Source of the DNA: Eledone cirrhosa
Lineage: Eukaryota
DNA: 64,000 bases
Assembly (NCBI GenBank): GCA_964016885.1
Contig: OZ024762.1
Span: forward strand, 17,174,001 to 17,238,000
Direction of reading: 5' to 3'
Shown: positions 29,493 through 44,939 of the stretch, piece by piece
Layout of the letters: each line of letters opens with the position of its first letter
Position numbering within the stretch: position 1 is the first letter of the stretch
Notes under the pieces: generated by a model
The model's database searches: none
Seen by the model: only the letters and a program-made list of their open reading frames with translations
Told to the model about the DNA's origin: nothing
Program-made: the position numbers and the translations under genes

Positions 29493-30237
29493 CTATCTAA
29501 GGCGGGTAAAATTCCCGAGATCCATGGACGAGTTCTCTCCAGCGGTCTCTGTCCCTCATTATCGCTGCCATGTCCTGCATCTCCAACAGACCAGATATTA
29601 TAATTTTGTGTAGGATAGCCATAGCTAAAAAGATGTGACCTTCTTTGTAGCAATTCTTTCGTCTCACTGTGTATTATTCGTGTCGTATCCATTTTTATAA
29701 CCCTACGGCCGTGGACAATATAAAAAAACATAACCTAATTATATCAGCAAACGTCAATTTAAATTGTTCGCTTAATTTATTCATATTTATTCAATATGCT
29801 TTTGTTTTCTTTGTGTTTTTTCTTTGTGTTTTCCAACTGTGTATTGTAGTTACGTCAGAAGGGAAATAACGTCACAATGTGTTTATAGAAAGAAAAAAAA
29901 AAGAAGAATAGAAAGCCGTTTCTATTTCTTAAACGTTTCTGAGATACACAAACCTCAAGAAATGCTGTCAATTTGATTGAATCTATTTTTAGAATCAATC
30001 TAAAATTAAAACTGATCGGTTTATTTTAAGAATAATAATGATAATAATAACAATCGTTGTTTTTGTTTATTCCAGGACGAAGCAGGAAGCCATTTCTGTT
30101 CATTCATTTTTTTCTACTCATTCTTAAGAAAAACATGCGTAAATATAAATTTTCTTGACGACATTCCTTGTGTAAGGAGAGAAAGTCGTCATATCTTTAT
30201 CACCAACACCAGATAGAAAAGGTATTTAGCATTTCAT

Positions 30238-30314
<77 letters not shown>

Positions 30315-30446
30315 ATACTACTAATACTACTACCACCATACCCTTCTGACACGAGAATAAAAGATAAAGAAAAAAAAAACTACCCTCCGCCCCCTTTGTT
30401 CGTTACTTAATTTTGTTTATATATATTTTTTCATGTTTCCTTTATA

Positions 30447-30940
30447 GTATAACTTCTGTAAAATATAGTTGACATAATATATTTATATATAACAGATAAC
30501 AAAATATTTCTACCATTGTATAACTTCTGTAAAATATACTTGACATGTTTATATATAACAGATAACAAAATATTTCCACCATTGTATAACTTCTGTAAAA
30601 TATAGTTGACATATATATATATATCTATATATATATATATATAACAGATAACAAAATATTTCTATCATTATATAACTTTGTAAAATATAGTTGACATATA
30701 TTTATATATAACTGATTAAATGAAATAATTCGTAATGGTTAAAAATAAAAATAGAACTAAAACTAGGTTTAGAATTGTCTCTTGAGGTCTAGTTTTAGGT
30801 TTAGAACGGTCATTTTTAGTTCGAGGTCTAGTTTTAAGTTTAGAATTATCTCTAGAGGTATAGTTTTAGGTTTATATCTCTCTTGGGGTCTAGTTTTAGG
30901 TTTAGAATGGTCATTTTTAGTTTGAGTTTAGTTTTAGGGA
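30447..30940 (+). repeat. Two short tandem arrays (~65-80 bp x4; ~30 bp x6)
   Basis: TATAACTTCTGTAAAATATAGTTGACAT(AT)nAACAGATAACAAAATATTTC at 30447-30715. CTAGTTTTAGGTTTAGAA units at 30760-30940. Confidence 0.85.
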
Positions 30941-30955
30941 GGAAACGCAGAAATA

Positions 30956-30995
30956 TCACTGATGATATCACAGTTGTGTGACGAAAGAACTCTGA
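30956..30995 (+). ncRNA. Minimal hammerhead ribozyme (family F)
   Basis: tca-CTGATGA-tatcacagttgtgtgac-GAAAG-aa-CTC-tga. Relatives on the minus strand at 41500-41542 and 50714-50755. Confidence 0.7.
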
Positions 30996-31294
30996 GAAAT
31001 TATATTTATATTTATATTTTTAACTGTTGGTCAATCAATGATAAACATTGATTGCCAGCTAAATTAATTATAGAAATATAATACATATATACTGAAGCGA
31101 AAACCATCCCCAACCACAGAGTGAGTGTGTTTGACTATATTTTCCTGCAATATTATAACAATATGACCCTCCCCAAGTATAACAGATTCTTAGAGTTTAC
31201 AGAGAACATATTTCTAAAAATATATATAGGAAAAAACAAAAACAAAATAAAGACACACAGACGTGTATTAACACATATAGACCCACACACATAA

Positions 31295-31326
<32 letters not shown>

Positions 31327-31358
31327 TATATACATAAACACACACGCACGTACACATA

Positions 31359-31402
<44 letters not shown>

Positions 31403-31633
31403 AACAAACAAACACATAAATATACAAAAATACCCTCGCACACATATGCAAACCTGTACAGATGCACATACACATGTATATATATACAAACACACACACG
31501 AACACAGATCTACAAACACAAACACACACATACACATACATACACACACACGCCCGCGCATAGGAAAGTCTTTGTTTATCGGTTTTCCTCCAATTCCATT
31601 GCGAGTTATATATATATATACATATATACACCC

Positions 31634-31717
<84 letters not shown>

Positions 31718-31752
31718 AAATATATATATATATGTATATATATATATATGTA

Positions 31753-31785
<33 letters not shown>

Positions 31786-31956
31786 ATATATATATATGTA
31801 TATATATATATGTATATGTATATGTATATATGTATATATATATATGTATATGTATATATGTATATATGTATATATGTATATATTTATATATATTTATATA
31901 TTTATATATATTTATATATGTATATATATATTTATATATGTATATATATATATTTA

Positions 31957-32004
<48 letters not shown>

Positions 32005-32155
32005 TAAATATATATATACATATATAAATATATATATACATATATAAATATATATATATACATATATAAATATATATATACATATACAAATATATATACA
32101 TATACAAATATATGTACATATACATATACAAATATATATACATATACATATACAA

Positions 32156-32186
<31 letters not shown>

Positions 32187-32204
32187 AATATATATATATA
32201 AAAT

Positions 32205-32238
<34 letters not shown>

Positions 32239-32409
32239 AATATATATATATACATATATAAATATATATATACATATACAAATATATATACATATACAAA
32301 TATATATATATATATATACATATACAAATATATATATATATATACATATATAAATATATATATACATATATAAATATATATATATATATACATATATAAA
32401 TATATATAT

Positions 32410-32458
<49 letters not shown>

Positions 32459-32732
32459 CATGTTTGACAAACTGTAAGCTACATCACAGGGGGAGTTGCT
32501 GTTGTTTTGTTTCCCTTTGTTTACTGTGAAATCTCAATAAACCATCTATTACATATTTTGGCACTCGGTGACGTGCATTGTATCCATGGCAACAGGCCTG
32601 CGCCAAGAAGATACCACCATCAAACCATCCAACCTTCCCGCCATCTAACCATCCTGCTATCCAACCAACCATCCAATCATCCAACCAACCAGCCAACCAA
32701 GCAATCAACCACAAACACACACACACACACGC

Positions 32733-32801
<69 letters not shown>

Positions 32802-32968
32802 CAAAGGAATTGCGGTAAGGAACCAGATGGACCATAACGCACCAGAGTACTCAATACTTAGGGTAGTAGAGTGGGAAATAGGAAATAGGAACATTTAAAA
32901 AAATTATAATTTAGTCCAGAAATAGCCGTCGAAACGGCTTGAGCTCTGTCGTCGGGGTCATACTTTTT

Positions 32969-33039
<71 letters not shown>

Positions 33040-33041
<2 letters not shown>

Positions 33042-33233
33042 CGAAGGAAATGTGGTAAGTAACCAGGTGGACCATAACGCACCAAAGTACTCAATACTTA
33101 GGGTAGTAGAGTGGGTAATAGGAACGAGTAGGACCCCGACGGCTGAGCTCAAGCCGTTTCGACGGCTAATTCTAATTAGTCCAGAATTAGCCGTCGAAAC
33201 GGCTTGAGCTCAGCCGTCGGGGTCCTACTCGTT

Positions 33234-33238
<5 letters not shown>
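33040..33238. mobile_element. Family B palindrome
   Basis: Perfect ~55-nt arms around a short loop, followed by gtcGAAAC. Long arm on the left. Confidence 0.75.
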
Positions 33239-33266
<28 letters not shown>

Positions 33267-33807
33267 GCCTGCCGAGGAAGTGAGTCCCCTGTTCGATCAT
33301 GGAATACCACAAGCTTACGTATTACGTATTACGTAAGTTGGATGGATGATTTCGGATTTCATAGAAACTATCGGACGTATTGCAGAATATCATTCGATCT
33401 GTCCAGATCTGTTTTAACCTGATTAGTTCTGTCGTTACTTTGGTATTGTATGGTTGGGTTTTGCCTGCCGCAATTTTCAATTTGCCAAGCTATCTAAACG
33501 TAATGTTATTACTCTAAGGACCTACCCTTATTGAGTGCTTTGCTATTCATTCCCAATTGTAGGTCGACTTTGCTGGCCATTGCCAAAGCTTCGATTTTAC
33601 TAAGCTTCCACTTGTATATATATACTCATCTTTTTCCATTTCTCCGAGGCTTAACCCCACTATCAGGCTAAATAATTTTCTTTAATTTCTTTAGTCAAAA
33701 TACAGCGATAGCTTACATTTATAATTTCAAACCCGCTCGCTGTTTCGAAAATATTCTTACTTAATATATATATATTAGGGTAGCCCTAATATATATATAT
33801 ATTAGCT

Positions 33808-34018
33808 ATCTTGTTCCAATTAACAAAAACCCAATCTCTGCAAAACTTTACCCCAATCGGACAACTGTTAGACGACCCTCATCGACCGTGAAATTTTGAA
33901 GTTTTCTCCCGGAAAATCATTTTTTCAGATAAAAATCTTTTATCTCTTATATAATTTTCTCTTAAATTAAAATCTTGTTCAGACTTATTCTTCGTATCAG
34001 AAGGATAAGTGACAATAA

Positions 34019-34085
<67 letters not shown>

Positions 34086-34975
34086 TGAAATTGAAAATGC
34101 AACTGGAGTCTTATTTAAAAAAAAAATATATATTTATTTGGTTTCTTTACCGGTTTCGCAGTTCTTCTGCTTTTCAAAAGTAGATTTGCGATGGAGGGTC
34201 TGTGGTTTTTCTCACATCTGGTTGGTCTCTGAATGTTACTTGTTTTATATGGAAAAAAGTGGCTCGAAATGCCAGGTTTTTAGAGAAGTAATTTGTTTGG
34301 CTGGTCAATAATTATAATAAATTTCGCGCCAGTTCGCGTTACAAAGTTCTTCAAACAAGGGGGGGGGGGGCACAGGTATAATATATTTGGTTGGTTTTCG
34401 CTTCTGTATCTTATATATATATATACACACATATATACATATATATGATATGTATATATATATACTCTCTTTACTGTACTTGCTTTTATATTTCTCCTTA
34501 CTCCCCTTTTTCTCATTGTATTTGTATATAAACAAGTACATAGATACAAGGAGAAAGGGAGAGTAAGGAGAAAAGGAGAGAAAGGATAAAAGGAGAGCAA
34601 GGATAAAAGTAAAGCAAGGAGAGCAATGTGAGCAATGAGAAAAGGAGAGCACGAAGAGCAAGGAGAAGTTAAGCGAAATATTGCTCAGGTTATGCTGGAA
34701 GCAAACAAAGATGAAGAAGAGGAAGAAGAAGAGATTGCCTGGATATGTCCACGTTTAAATTTCTCTAAGAAGAAAAAAGAAAATGGTCGAGATAGGGAAC
34801 AGTCTACCGCTTTTGAACAGAATTAATCGTTGCGTATACTACGTTCCAGCTTGAAGGCTTTTGAGGGTCGCCTAACAGTTGTCCGATTGGGCTGAAATTT
34901 GCACGCCCTGTGTTTTCGTTGATTGAAACAGGATTAGGGAGCAGCAAAACTTTGACTTTCGGAAAATGACCTATT
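33808..34975. mobile_element. Probable non-autonomous DNA transposon relic with ~70-bp imperfect inverted repeats
   Basis: ccaatcggacaactgttagacgaccctc (33853-33880) versus gagggtcgcctaacagttgtccgattgg (34863-34890), with weaker similarity outward. Confidence 0.5.
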
Positions 34976-34989
34976 ATATATTATATACG

Positions 34990-35178
34990 AGGCGGTGGAT
35001 TGGCAGTATCGGTAGAGGGTCGGACGCCATGCTTTCCAGCATAGTTACGTCCCTTTACGATTTGAGTTCAAATCCCGCCGAGGTTGACTTTGCCTTTCAT
35101 CCTTACGGGGTCGATAAAATAAAGTACCAGTAATGCACTGGGTAATTGCTGGCCTTGTGCCTAAAGTAGAAACAATTA
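34990..35178 (+). mobile_element. Full-length SINE, short variant
   Basis: GGCGGTGGATTGGCAGTATCGG...GAGTTCAAATCCCGCC...GTAGAAACAATTA. Another copy at 56425-56618. Confidence 0.85.
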
Positions 35179-35189
35179 TATATTATATA

Positions 35190-35680
35190 CTAGCTGAGGT
35201 ACCCGGTAATACCCGGGAGCGGGGGTATTCCCAGTTCCCATTAAAATGCCCAATGCCTCTCAGACCAAAAATGAAATCAAAATATAGGACAGATAATCAA
35301 AAGCGAAGATAAATTAATTTACGAAACAATAATACAAACAAATATGGTTGATTGCATTGGTCAGGTGAAAAAATGTTTGTCAGAGAAGGAAAAAATAAAA
35401 CCCTCATTAGGGGGTTTCATTGCTGAAATTTTGTGAATAGGTATCATATCTTGTCATTTACCTATGGTTTAAATTTCATATAACTCGATGGGAAAAAAAT
35501 TAAGCGGGGGTTCTCAGCGGGGGTTTGAAGCCCCTGGGAACCCTTTCATTAAAATGAAATATACGTAAGAAATCAAATGGACATGACCCCTCACACACGT
35601 GTCAAGTTTCATCAAGATCGGTTTGATAGTTTTTGAGTTTTAGGTTCACAAACAAACAGACAGAAATTGCCATTTATGTA
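35190..35680 (-). mobile_element. Non-autonomous Helitron
   Basis: The minus-strand 3' end is the hairpin CCCGGGTATTACCGGG, a short spacer, then CTAG|T. The 5' end has (CTGT/TTGT)n. Confidence 0.75.
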
Positions 35681-35682
35681 TG

Positions 35683-35760
<78 letters not shown>

Positions 35761-35909
35761 TTATTAATATATTGAATATGTATATATATATATATACATT
35801 TATTAATATATTGAATATTTACTCCAGTAAACTGTTGAGTGCTCTAATCAGTTATAAACTTTTAAGTTTGTTGGAATCCCAACAAATTAAAATGAAATAT
35901 AACTTTTGC

Positions 35910-35942
<33 letters not shown>

Positions 35943-36135
35943 TATACATGAGGAGTGGCACCCCCAGGGTGAACCTGTCTATAGAATTCTTTCTGCCTTT
36001 GTTACTCTAAATATAGGTTTTAAAGAATTCTCTTTTCTTTAAACCCGTCAACCAATGACCTCCACCCATCCCAAACACCACCCTCTCCTACCACCAGAAA
36101 ATATATAAATACCACCATATTTACTTGGACAGTCG

Positions 36136-36184
36136 GCTTCCTGATGATTTCTCCCGAATGAAACAGTTCTAGTCCTGTAGAAGC
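36136..36184 (+). ncRNA. Hammerhead-like motif (family A)
   Basis: gcttc-CTGATGA-tttctcccgaat-GAAAC-agttcta-GTC-ctgta-gaagc. Core intact, but stem I has a 5-nt offset. Confidence 0.6.
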
Positions 36185-36189
36185 TTTTC

Positions 36190-36331
<142 letters not shown>

Positions 36332-36332
36332 A

Positions 36333-36496
<164 letters not shown>

Positions 36497-36866
36497 TGTA
36501 TATTTATACATATATATGTATATATATGTATATATATGTATATATATATGTATATATATATATGTATATATATATATGTGTGTGTATATATATATAAATG
36601 GAAAAATGAAACGAAATTTCATTTCTCACTCATTCTTAGTACGGCTGTTACTTAAATATAAGTATGTATACGTACATACATATATGTATACAGACGTACA
36701 GTAGTATGTATATATATATACACACATGCACACATATATATATGTACGTATGGATTTACCGAACATTTATTATAATGCTCGGTTTGTTTCTAAACAAACA
36801 TCCCGGATTAAGCTGTACAGTGTTTAGCAACCATCGTTGCCCTTTTGTTCAACACTGACAAAGGGA

Positions 36867-36907
36867 CGATGTACTAGTTTCAAGTTTATTAGCTATCGTC
36901 AGCACCG
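36867..36907 (-). ncRNA. Minimal type I hammerhead ribozyme
   Basis: cggtg-CTGACGA-tagctaataaactt-GAAAC-ta-GTA-catcg on the minus strand. Palindromic stem III ACTAGT. Confidence 0.75.
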
Positions 36908-37132
36908 TATACCTTCCCGCCAGATGATTGAACGTCTGAAAGTATATAATTTCCTTATGCATATTAACGGCTGATTTGCAGCCTAATTTGCATATCTAAT
37001 TTACATACAAACAAACCGAGCATTATAATGAATGACATATATATATATATATGTTAGTGATGCGCGTTTCGTTATTGATCAGCTCAAGGTTTCGATCTGC
37101 ATCGATCTGACTGAAATCAAAAGCTGTGGTAA

Positions 37133-37175
<43 letters not shown>

Positions 37176-37207
37176 TGAACCTGCAGTAACTCCTAGTTAC
37201 ACCCCCT

Positions 37208-37277
<70 letters not shown>

Positions 37278-37547
37278 TATAAATGTAAGTATGTATACGT
37301 ACATACATATATGTATACAGACAGTATACAGTAGTATGTATATACATACATGCACACACACATATATATATATATATATATGTACGTATGGGTTTACCGA
37401 ACATTTATTATAATGCTTGGTTTGTTTGTAAACAAACAGCCCGAATTACGCCGTACAGTGCTCGGCAACCATCGCTGCCCTTTTGTTCAACACTGGCAAA
37501 GGAACGATGTACTAGGCTGCCCTATTTGTTCAACATTGACAAAGGAA

Positions 37548-37588
37548 CGATGAACTAGTTTCTACCTTATTAGCTGTCATCAGTACCG
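37548..37588 (-). ncRNA. Minimal type I hammerhead ribozyme (paralog of 36867)
   Basis: cggta-CTGATGA-cagctaataaggta-GAAAC-ta-GTT-catcg, within the ~330-bp duplication 36660-36940 / 37285-37620. Confidence 0.65.
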
Positions 37589-37780
37589 TATACCTTCCTG
37601 TCAGTTGATTGAACGTTTGAAGTAATCAGTGTTGCGACGAATGGAATTTATTGGACATATTACAATCGTTTCGCTGGCGACTAGCTCGCGGCATTACTTT
37701 TATTTATATATTTTTTTTGCCCGTTAAACTTTTGCCTTTCTTGAGGAGATTTTTCAAATATTTCACTATGTTTTAAATTG

Positions 37781-37848
37781 CCTTGTCTGACGAACGAATG
37801 GGGACGTTTCTTGTATTCGTCTTATTCGGGAAACCTCTGGTAATGAGG
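37781..37848 (+). ncRNA. Type I hammerhead ribozyme
   Basis: Stem I CCTTGT/ATGAGG, CTGACGA, stem II cgaat...attcg, GAAAC-ctctg-GTA. 3' half repeated at ~41137-41192. Confidence 0.8.
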
Positions 37849-37992
37849 TAATTATATTGTATTGTTTATTATACATTATATATATATATAATGTATAATA
37901 AATAAAGTACCAGTAATGTACTGGGTAATTGATGGCCTTGTGCCAAAAGTAGAAACAATTATATATATATATTTATATATATATATATATAT

Positions 37993-38363
37993 AGTGAAAA
38001 CTGGAACGGGAACAAAAACACAGAGGCAGTACAAACAAAGGTTTATTAGTTTCACGCTCTTGAGAGTGGAGGGGGGGGGGGCGTTTCGGGCATAGGCCCT
38101 TCTTCAGGAGAAAAGTGGGTGGGAAGAGCGTTCCGTGGGTGTGTGGGGGAGTGGTGGAGAGACATTTAGAAAAGGGGGGGGGGCAGAAAAGGGAGGAAAA
38201 ACGGTGGAAGGGGTACAAATAAAAATAAAAATAAACATAATGATAAACAAGTGGTGGAAGGGTGTGGGGCGTGTAGGGGTGGTGGCGGGTGGAGTAGGGA
38301 GAGGGAGGCGGGGGATCCGAGCGGGGAGGGATGAAGGTGGTGTTTGTGTATGTGTGTAGGTGT

Positions 38364-38430
<67 letters not shown>

Positions 38431-38570
38431 TGAGAGTTGGGGGAAGAAAGAGGTTCCATGTTCAGGAAAAGGTGTGCGTGTGGAGTGGGGTGTAGGTCGG
38501 TGTGTGTGTGTGTGTAAGGAGAGGGGTCAGGGGTGGGGGAGGTGGCGTGTGGGTGGGGAAGTGCCGGATA
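37993..38570 (-). mobile_element. PLE 3' end with C-rich UTR and minimal HHR
   Basis: CTGAAGA-agggcctatgccc-GAAACG at 38080-38110 (-). The downstream segment matches 181-292, 23259-23400 and 63898-63960, and the 181 and 23259 copies carry degenerate cores. Confidence 0.65.
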
Positions 38571-40870
38571 ATTTAAAGTTTGACAATGTGAGAATCCTAA
38601 AAGCAGAAAATAACTATAACAGGTTGTCAAATAATAGTTTCTACTTTAGACACAAGTCCAGCAATTTGAAGGGAAGGGAAAGTTGATTAGAACGACACCA
38701 GTGTATCACTGGTACTTTATTTTATAGACCCTATAAGGATGAAAGGCAAAGCTAACCTTGGGAGTTTGAACTCAGAGTGTAAAGGGCCGTAACTCTATGC
38801 CGCTAAGCATGTTGTCCGACACTCTACCGATTCTACTGACAATCCTGTTATAAATAATTGTTTCTACTTTTGGTACAAGGCCAGCAATTACCCCAGTGCA
38901 TTACTGGTACTTTATTTTATTGAGAATCAGGTAAAGTAGTCTTATAGAGGTCAAAATGTACCACACACACACACACACACATACATAGAGATATGAATAC
39001 ATATATACATACATGCAGACACACATAGAGATATACACACACACATACATACACACACACATACACACTCACACATCCACACACACATACACACTCACAC
39101 ATCCACACACTCACACACATTCACACACACATACACATACACATTCACACATACACACATACACACACGCAGACACACTCACCACACACACACAGACACA
39201 ACATACACACACACGCACACACACACACCACACACAGACACACACAAACAGACACACCACACACACACACACAGACACACAGATACCACGCACTGACACA
39301 CAGACCACACACCACACACTGACACATACACGACACACACACCACACATCACACACCACACACACTCCCTCTATGGAGACTACTGGCAAATACACTTTTG
39401 TAAGAGTATATGTGTGTGTGTATGTGTGTGCATGTGTGTATGTGTGTGTATGTGTGTGTGTATGTGTGTGTATGTGTGTATGTGTGAATGTCTGTATGTG
39501 TGTGTGTATGTGTGTGTATGTGTGAATGTGTGTGTATGTGTGTGTGAATGTGTGTGTGGGTGGGGGGGTGTATGTGTGTGTGTATGTGTGAATGTGTGTG
39601 TATGTATGTGTGTGTGTATATCTCTATGTGTGTCTACATGTGTCTATATGTGTATTTATATCTCTATGTATGTGTGTGTGTGGGTGTGTGTGTGTATGTG
39701 TGTGTGTATGTATTTATATCTCTATGTATGTGTGTGTGTGTATGTATTTTTATATGTCTGTGTATATCTGTGTGTAAGTACGTATCTATGTGTGTGTGTG
39801 TGTATGTATGTATCTATGTGTGTGTGTATGTATGTATATGTGTGTGTATGTATCTATGTGTGTGTATGTATGTATCTATGTGTGTGTATGTATGTATCTA
39901 TGTGTGTGTGTGTATGTATCTGTGTGTGTGTATGTATGTATGTATCTATCTATGTGTGTGTGTGTGTGGGTGTGTGTGTGTATGTGTGTGTGTATGTATG
40001 TATTTATATCTCTATGTATGTGTGTGTGTGTATGTATTTTTATATGTCTGTGTATATCTGTGTGTAAGTACGTATCTATGTGTGTGTGTGTGTATGTATG
40101 TATCTATGTGTGTGTGTATGTATGTATATGTGTGTGTATGTATGTATCTATGTGTGTGTATGTATGTATCTATGTGTGTGTATGTATGTATCTATGTGTG
40201 TGTGTGTATGTATCTGTGTGTGTGTATGTATGTATGTATCTATGTGTGTGTGTGTGTGTATGTATATATGTGTGTGAACGCTATTGTAACGTCTATTTAT
40301 GAATGAGAAAGTAGAATTACGTTGATGACGTCATAAGTCTGTTTTTATGAATCGAGAGTTGTGGGGTATTATACACAGGCGTTGTGGGAATTGGAGAACA
40401 GACACCCCCCACACACACCTCATCACCACCATCATCATCATCACCATCACCATCACCATCACCATCACCATCATCACCATCACCATCACCATCATCATCA
40501 TCATCAACAACGCCACCACCATCATCACCATCATCATCTCCACCACCACCACCACCACCACCACTACCCCCCCCCCCACAATCATCATCATCACCCCAAC
40601 TTCCTTCCCCTTCCCTCTTCCACCTTTACAGTTAACATTTCAGGCCAACATTTTTTGGTACACCAGACCGTGCTGACGTCACACCCATATTAATGAGAGT
40701 AATAGTAGTAGTAGTAGCAGTAACAGTAGTAGTATTATTATTATTATTATTAGTAGTAGTAGTAGTAGTGGTAGTAGTAGTAATAGTTGAGGTGTGTGGT
40801 GGTGGTGGTGGTGGTATTATTACTGTCTCTTCCGCAGTGAATGGCACTAAGAGAAGGTATGCAATGATAG

Positions 40871-40951
<81 letters not shown>

Positions 40952-41224
40952 CTATTTTACTCTTTCACCTGTTCCAGCCATCCGGCTGAGGGTATGCTGG
41001 GGCACCGCCCTTATATATAATATATATAAGTATTGAAGTTTCCGTTGAAAATTGAAAAAGTCAGAGGAATGAAGAGTGCTCTATGTAAGTTACAGAGCTA
41101 AATATTTAATGTATAATAAACAATACAGTATAATTACCGAATGCGGACGTTTCTTGTATTCGTCTTATTCGGGAAAACCTCTGGTAATGAAGTAATTATA
41201 CAGTATGGTTTATTATACATTAAA

Positions 41225-41291
<67 letters not shown>

Positions 41292-41499
41292 CGTTTATGA
41301 ATTTGTTTAGCAAGATTCTTTATCTGAAAACGTGTGTTGAAACCGATATTGTTATACTTTGGGAGGGTCATGTTGCCAATAAGAAACACACGCACCAGTT
41401 GCTTTCACTTCAATTTATTATAATAAATTTATAAATTTAGGAATTTATAAATTTCCGGTTGGTTGGTTGGTTCCACAACCAGATGGTTGTTTATATATT

Positions 41500-41542
41500 G
41501 TCAAAGTTCTTTCGTCACACATTCTGTGACCTCTTCAGTGAC
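41500..41542 (-). ncRNA. Minimal hammerhead ribozyme (family F)
   Basis: gtca-CTGAAGA-ggtcacagaatgtgtgac-GAAAG-aa-CTT-tgac. Confidence 0.75.
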
Positions 41543-41614
41543 TGGGGATTATTTTCTTTGTTTTTGTGCCTCTCCTTTGTTCTGTCCTACGCCATCTTGT
41601 TTCTGTGTGTGTGT

Positions 41615-41685
<71 letters not shown>

Positions 41686-41717
41686 AGATCAAAAGATGGT
41701 TAAAAGAGTTCCATGTA

Positions 41718-41784
41718 TTTTATTATGCGCATTTCGAAAACAAATATCATCATGAGATGACATTTGCGTTTTCGTCAGATAAAA
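41718..41784 (-). ncRNA. Type I hammerhead ribozyme
   Basis: ttttat-CTGACGA-long stem II (caaatgtcatc/gatgatatttg)-GAAAT-gcgc-ATA-ataaaa. Palindromic stem III ATGCGCAT. Confidence 0.85.
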
Positions 41785-42132
41785 TAGGGAGACATGATAT
41801 GAAGGTTAAAAAACACTTGTGAATAGTGCAGTTTATTGTACTACAATAAAACTCACTTATTGCTTTATTGTACTACAATAAAACTCACCTCCTATATATA
41901 TATATATATATAGTAGAATAATCGAGTATCGAAAAATCGGCGCACGAGTTCACGATAAACAAAATTCGAAATGAGCGGCAGAGGGCTCAATAATTCAGAT
42001 GAATCAGAGCTATAACTATCGTTAAAATACCGTCACACATAGAACAAGTCTATAATCAACCATACGACCGAAAAATTGCGATCTGGAAGATTCGGGACAC
42101 TCAGATAAAATATCAATAAATCAATAAATCAA

Positions 42133-42174
<42 letters not shown>

Positions 42175-42288
42175 TAGGTAATTCTGAAGGATAAGCAAAG
42201 GAAAAAGAGTGCTCTATATATAGAAATTTAATTAGAAAGTGAACAACACAAATTTTAAATCTCATTTCATATTTTTTATCCATAACTT

Positions 42289-42354
42289 CTCTGTCTGACG
42301 ATCGATCCAGACATATTAATATTGTCTGGGATCCAGAAACCTTTGGTAATGGAG
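42289..42354 (+). ncRNA. Type I hammerhead ribozyme (family D)
   Basis: Stem I CTCTGT/ATGGAG, core CTGACGA, long stem II (gatccagaca...tgtctgggatc), GAAAC-ctttg-GTA cleavage triplet. Confidence 0.85.
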
Positions 42355-42384
42355 TAGTTTATTTTGTGTTGTTAACTTTCTAAT

Positions 42385-42456
<72 letters not shown>

Positions 42457-42649
42457 AACACATTTTTTCCTTAAAGCCTATTAGAATGCGTTTACCATCA
42501 TTCCTTTGGTATATAGCTATTATGCAATATACACCTGATAATGTCCTCAGGTTCACACAACCTGGCTACTGAAATGTATAGTGTTTGCAGAAATACATAA
42601 TTGAGGGAATTCAACCTGTCCGGCCTCCTGCCAGTTTACTCTATAATAT

Positions 42650-43876
42650 TACTCTCTCTCTCTCACACACACACACTCACACTCACACACTCTCTCACAC
42701 ACTCTCTCTCTCACACACACACACACTCTCTCACACACACACACTCACACACTCTCTCTCACACACACTCTCACTCTCTCACACACACACACTCACACAC
42801 TCTCTCTCTCTCACACACACACACTCACACACTCTCTCTCACACACACTCTCTCTCTCTCACACACACACCCTTTCTCTCTCATACCCACAGACACACTC
42901 TCTCTCACACACACTCACACACTCTCTCACACACACACACTCACTCTCACTCACTCACACACACACACCCTTTCTCTCACCCACACACAGACACACTCAC
43001 ACTCTCACACACTCTCTCTCACGCACACACACTCACACTCTCTCTCTCTCACACACACTCTCTCTCTCTCACACACACTCTCTCTCTCTCACACACACAC
43101 TCACTCTCACTCACTCACACACACACACCCTTTCTCTCTCATACCCACAGACACACTCTCTCACACACACTCTCTCTCTCTCACACACACTCTCTCTCTC
43201 TCACACACACACACATTCACTCTCTCTCTCTCTCACACACTCTCTCTCTCTCTCTCACACACACTCACTCTCACTCACACACACTTTCTCTCACACACAC
43301 ACAGACACACTCTCACTCTCACACACACTCTCTCTCACACACACACACACACTCACTCTCACTCACACACACACACCCTTTCTCTCACACACACACAGAC
43401 ACACTCACACTCTCTCTCTCACACTCTCTCTCACACACACACACACACACTCACTCTCACTCACACACACTTTCTCTCACACACACACAGACACACTCTC
43501 ACTCTCACACACTCTCTCTCTCACACACACACTCTCACTCACACACACACACCCATTCTCTCTCTCACACACACAGACACACTCACACTCTCACATACAG
43601 ACCCTCTCTCTCACACACACACTCTCACTCACACACACACACCCATTCTCTCTCTCACACACACAGACACACTCACACTCTCACACACACACACTCTCTC
43701 TCTCACACACACACACTCTCACACACACACTCACACTCTCACACACAGTCACACACACACTCTCACACACACTGACACTCTCTCTCACACACTGACACAC
43801 ACTCTCACACACACACACACACACACACTCTCACACACACTGACACACACACACACACACTCTCTCACACACACTG

Positions 43877-43909
<33 letters not shown>

Positions 43910-43940
43910 CTCTCACACACACTGACACACACACACTCAC
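42650..43940. repeat. (CA/CT)n compound low-complexity tract
   Basis: Directly visible. Comparable tracts at 38960-40277 (CA/TG, with a 300-bp internal duplication), 13615-14195 (GA/GATA) and many (TA)n blocks. Confidence 0.9.
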
Positions 43941-44780
43941 AACATAAAGCCGTTGTGATTGGGATATTCGGGGTGGGGGTGGGAGTGGGGGGGTTGTGGC
44001 AGTAGAGATGATACAATACTATATTAGATATCAAATGGTATATATTATATATAAATATAGTAAAATAAAAAAATATATAATATTAATTTATACATAGTAT
44101 ATATTATATGATTTATTATATATAAATAAACGATTTTATTTATTATATATTATTTACAATTTGCGTGTAGGCAGGTCTTTTTGGAAATAGGGTTGGGGGG
44201 GGGGGGCGTTGAGGGTGTTATGTGGCCGTGAGAAGGGGGCAGTGGTCCAAAAGTTTGAGAACCTCTCGTCTAAAATATATTTTCCCAACTGTTGTGCAGA
44301 AATGTTAGTCATCATGGACGTTTGATGAACCTGGCTAAGTTAAACAATAATTACCTCCCTTGACAAATCTGTCTTAGTCATGTTTGTTTGTTTGTTTGTT
44401 TTGGTTCCTATTGTAGAAAGCTAGTAAGAGGTATATATGGTACATAGTCTTAGTATTAATGCTTGTTAGTCATCCTCTGTCTGGAACTGATACTAACCAG
44501 TCAATGATAAATTGTAGTACTTACATCAGCTGGTCCACGATAAATTAGTCACCGACTCGCCTCGCCTCTAATTTACTGAATAGTATCGTTATATAAGGCG
44601 GCGAAGTGACGGGGTCGTTAGACGTCGGATAGAATGCTTTAGTACCAGTTTAATACTGGGTTCGATACTTCCTCTATGCCCCTCTCTCTCTCTCTATATA
44701 TATATATATAAAATACCAGTTTAGTACTGGGGTCGATACTTGCTCTATATCTGTCTCACTTCCTTTCTCTCACTCTCCAT

Positions 44781-44860
<80 letters not shown>

Positions 44861-44885
44861 GTGTGTGTGTATATATATATATGTA

Positions 44886-44939
<54 letters not shown>

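Noticed and set aside
40326-40681. Perfect CRE palindromes TGACGTCA (40326, 40674, 56959)
   Set aside because: Three 8-mers in 64 kb is near chance, and no promoter or gene is in view.
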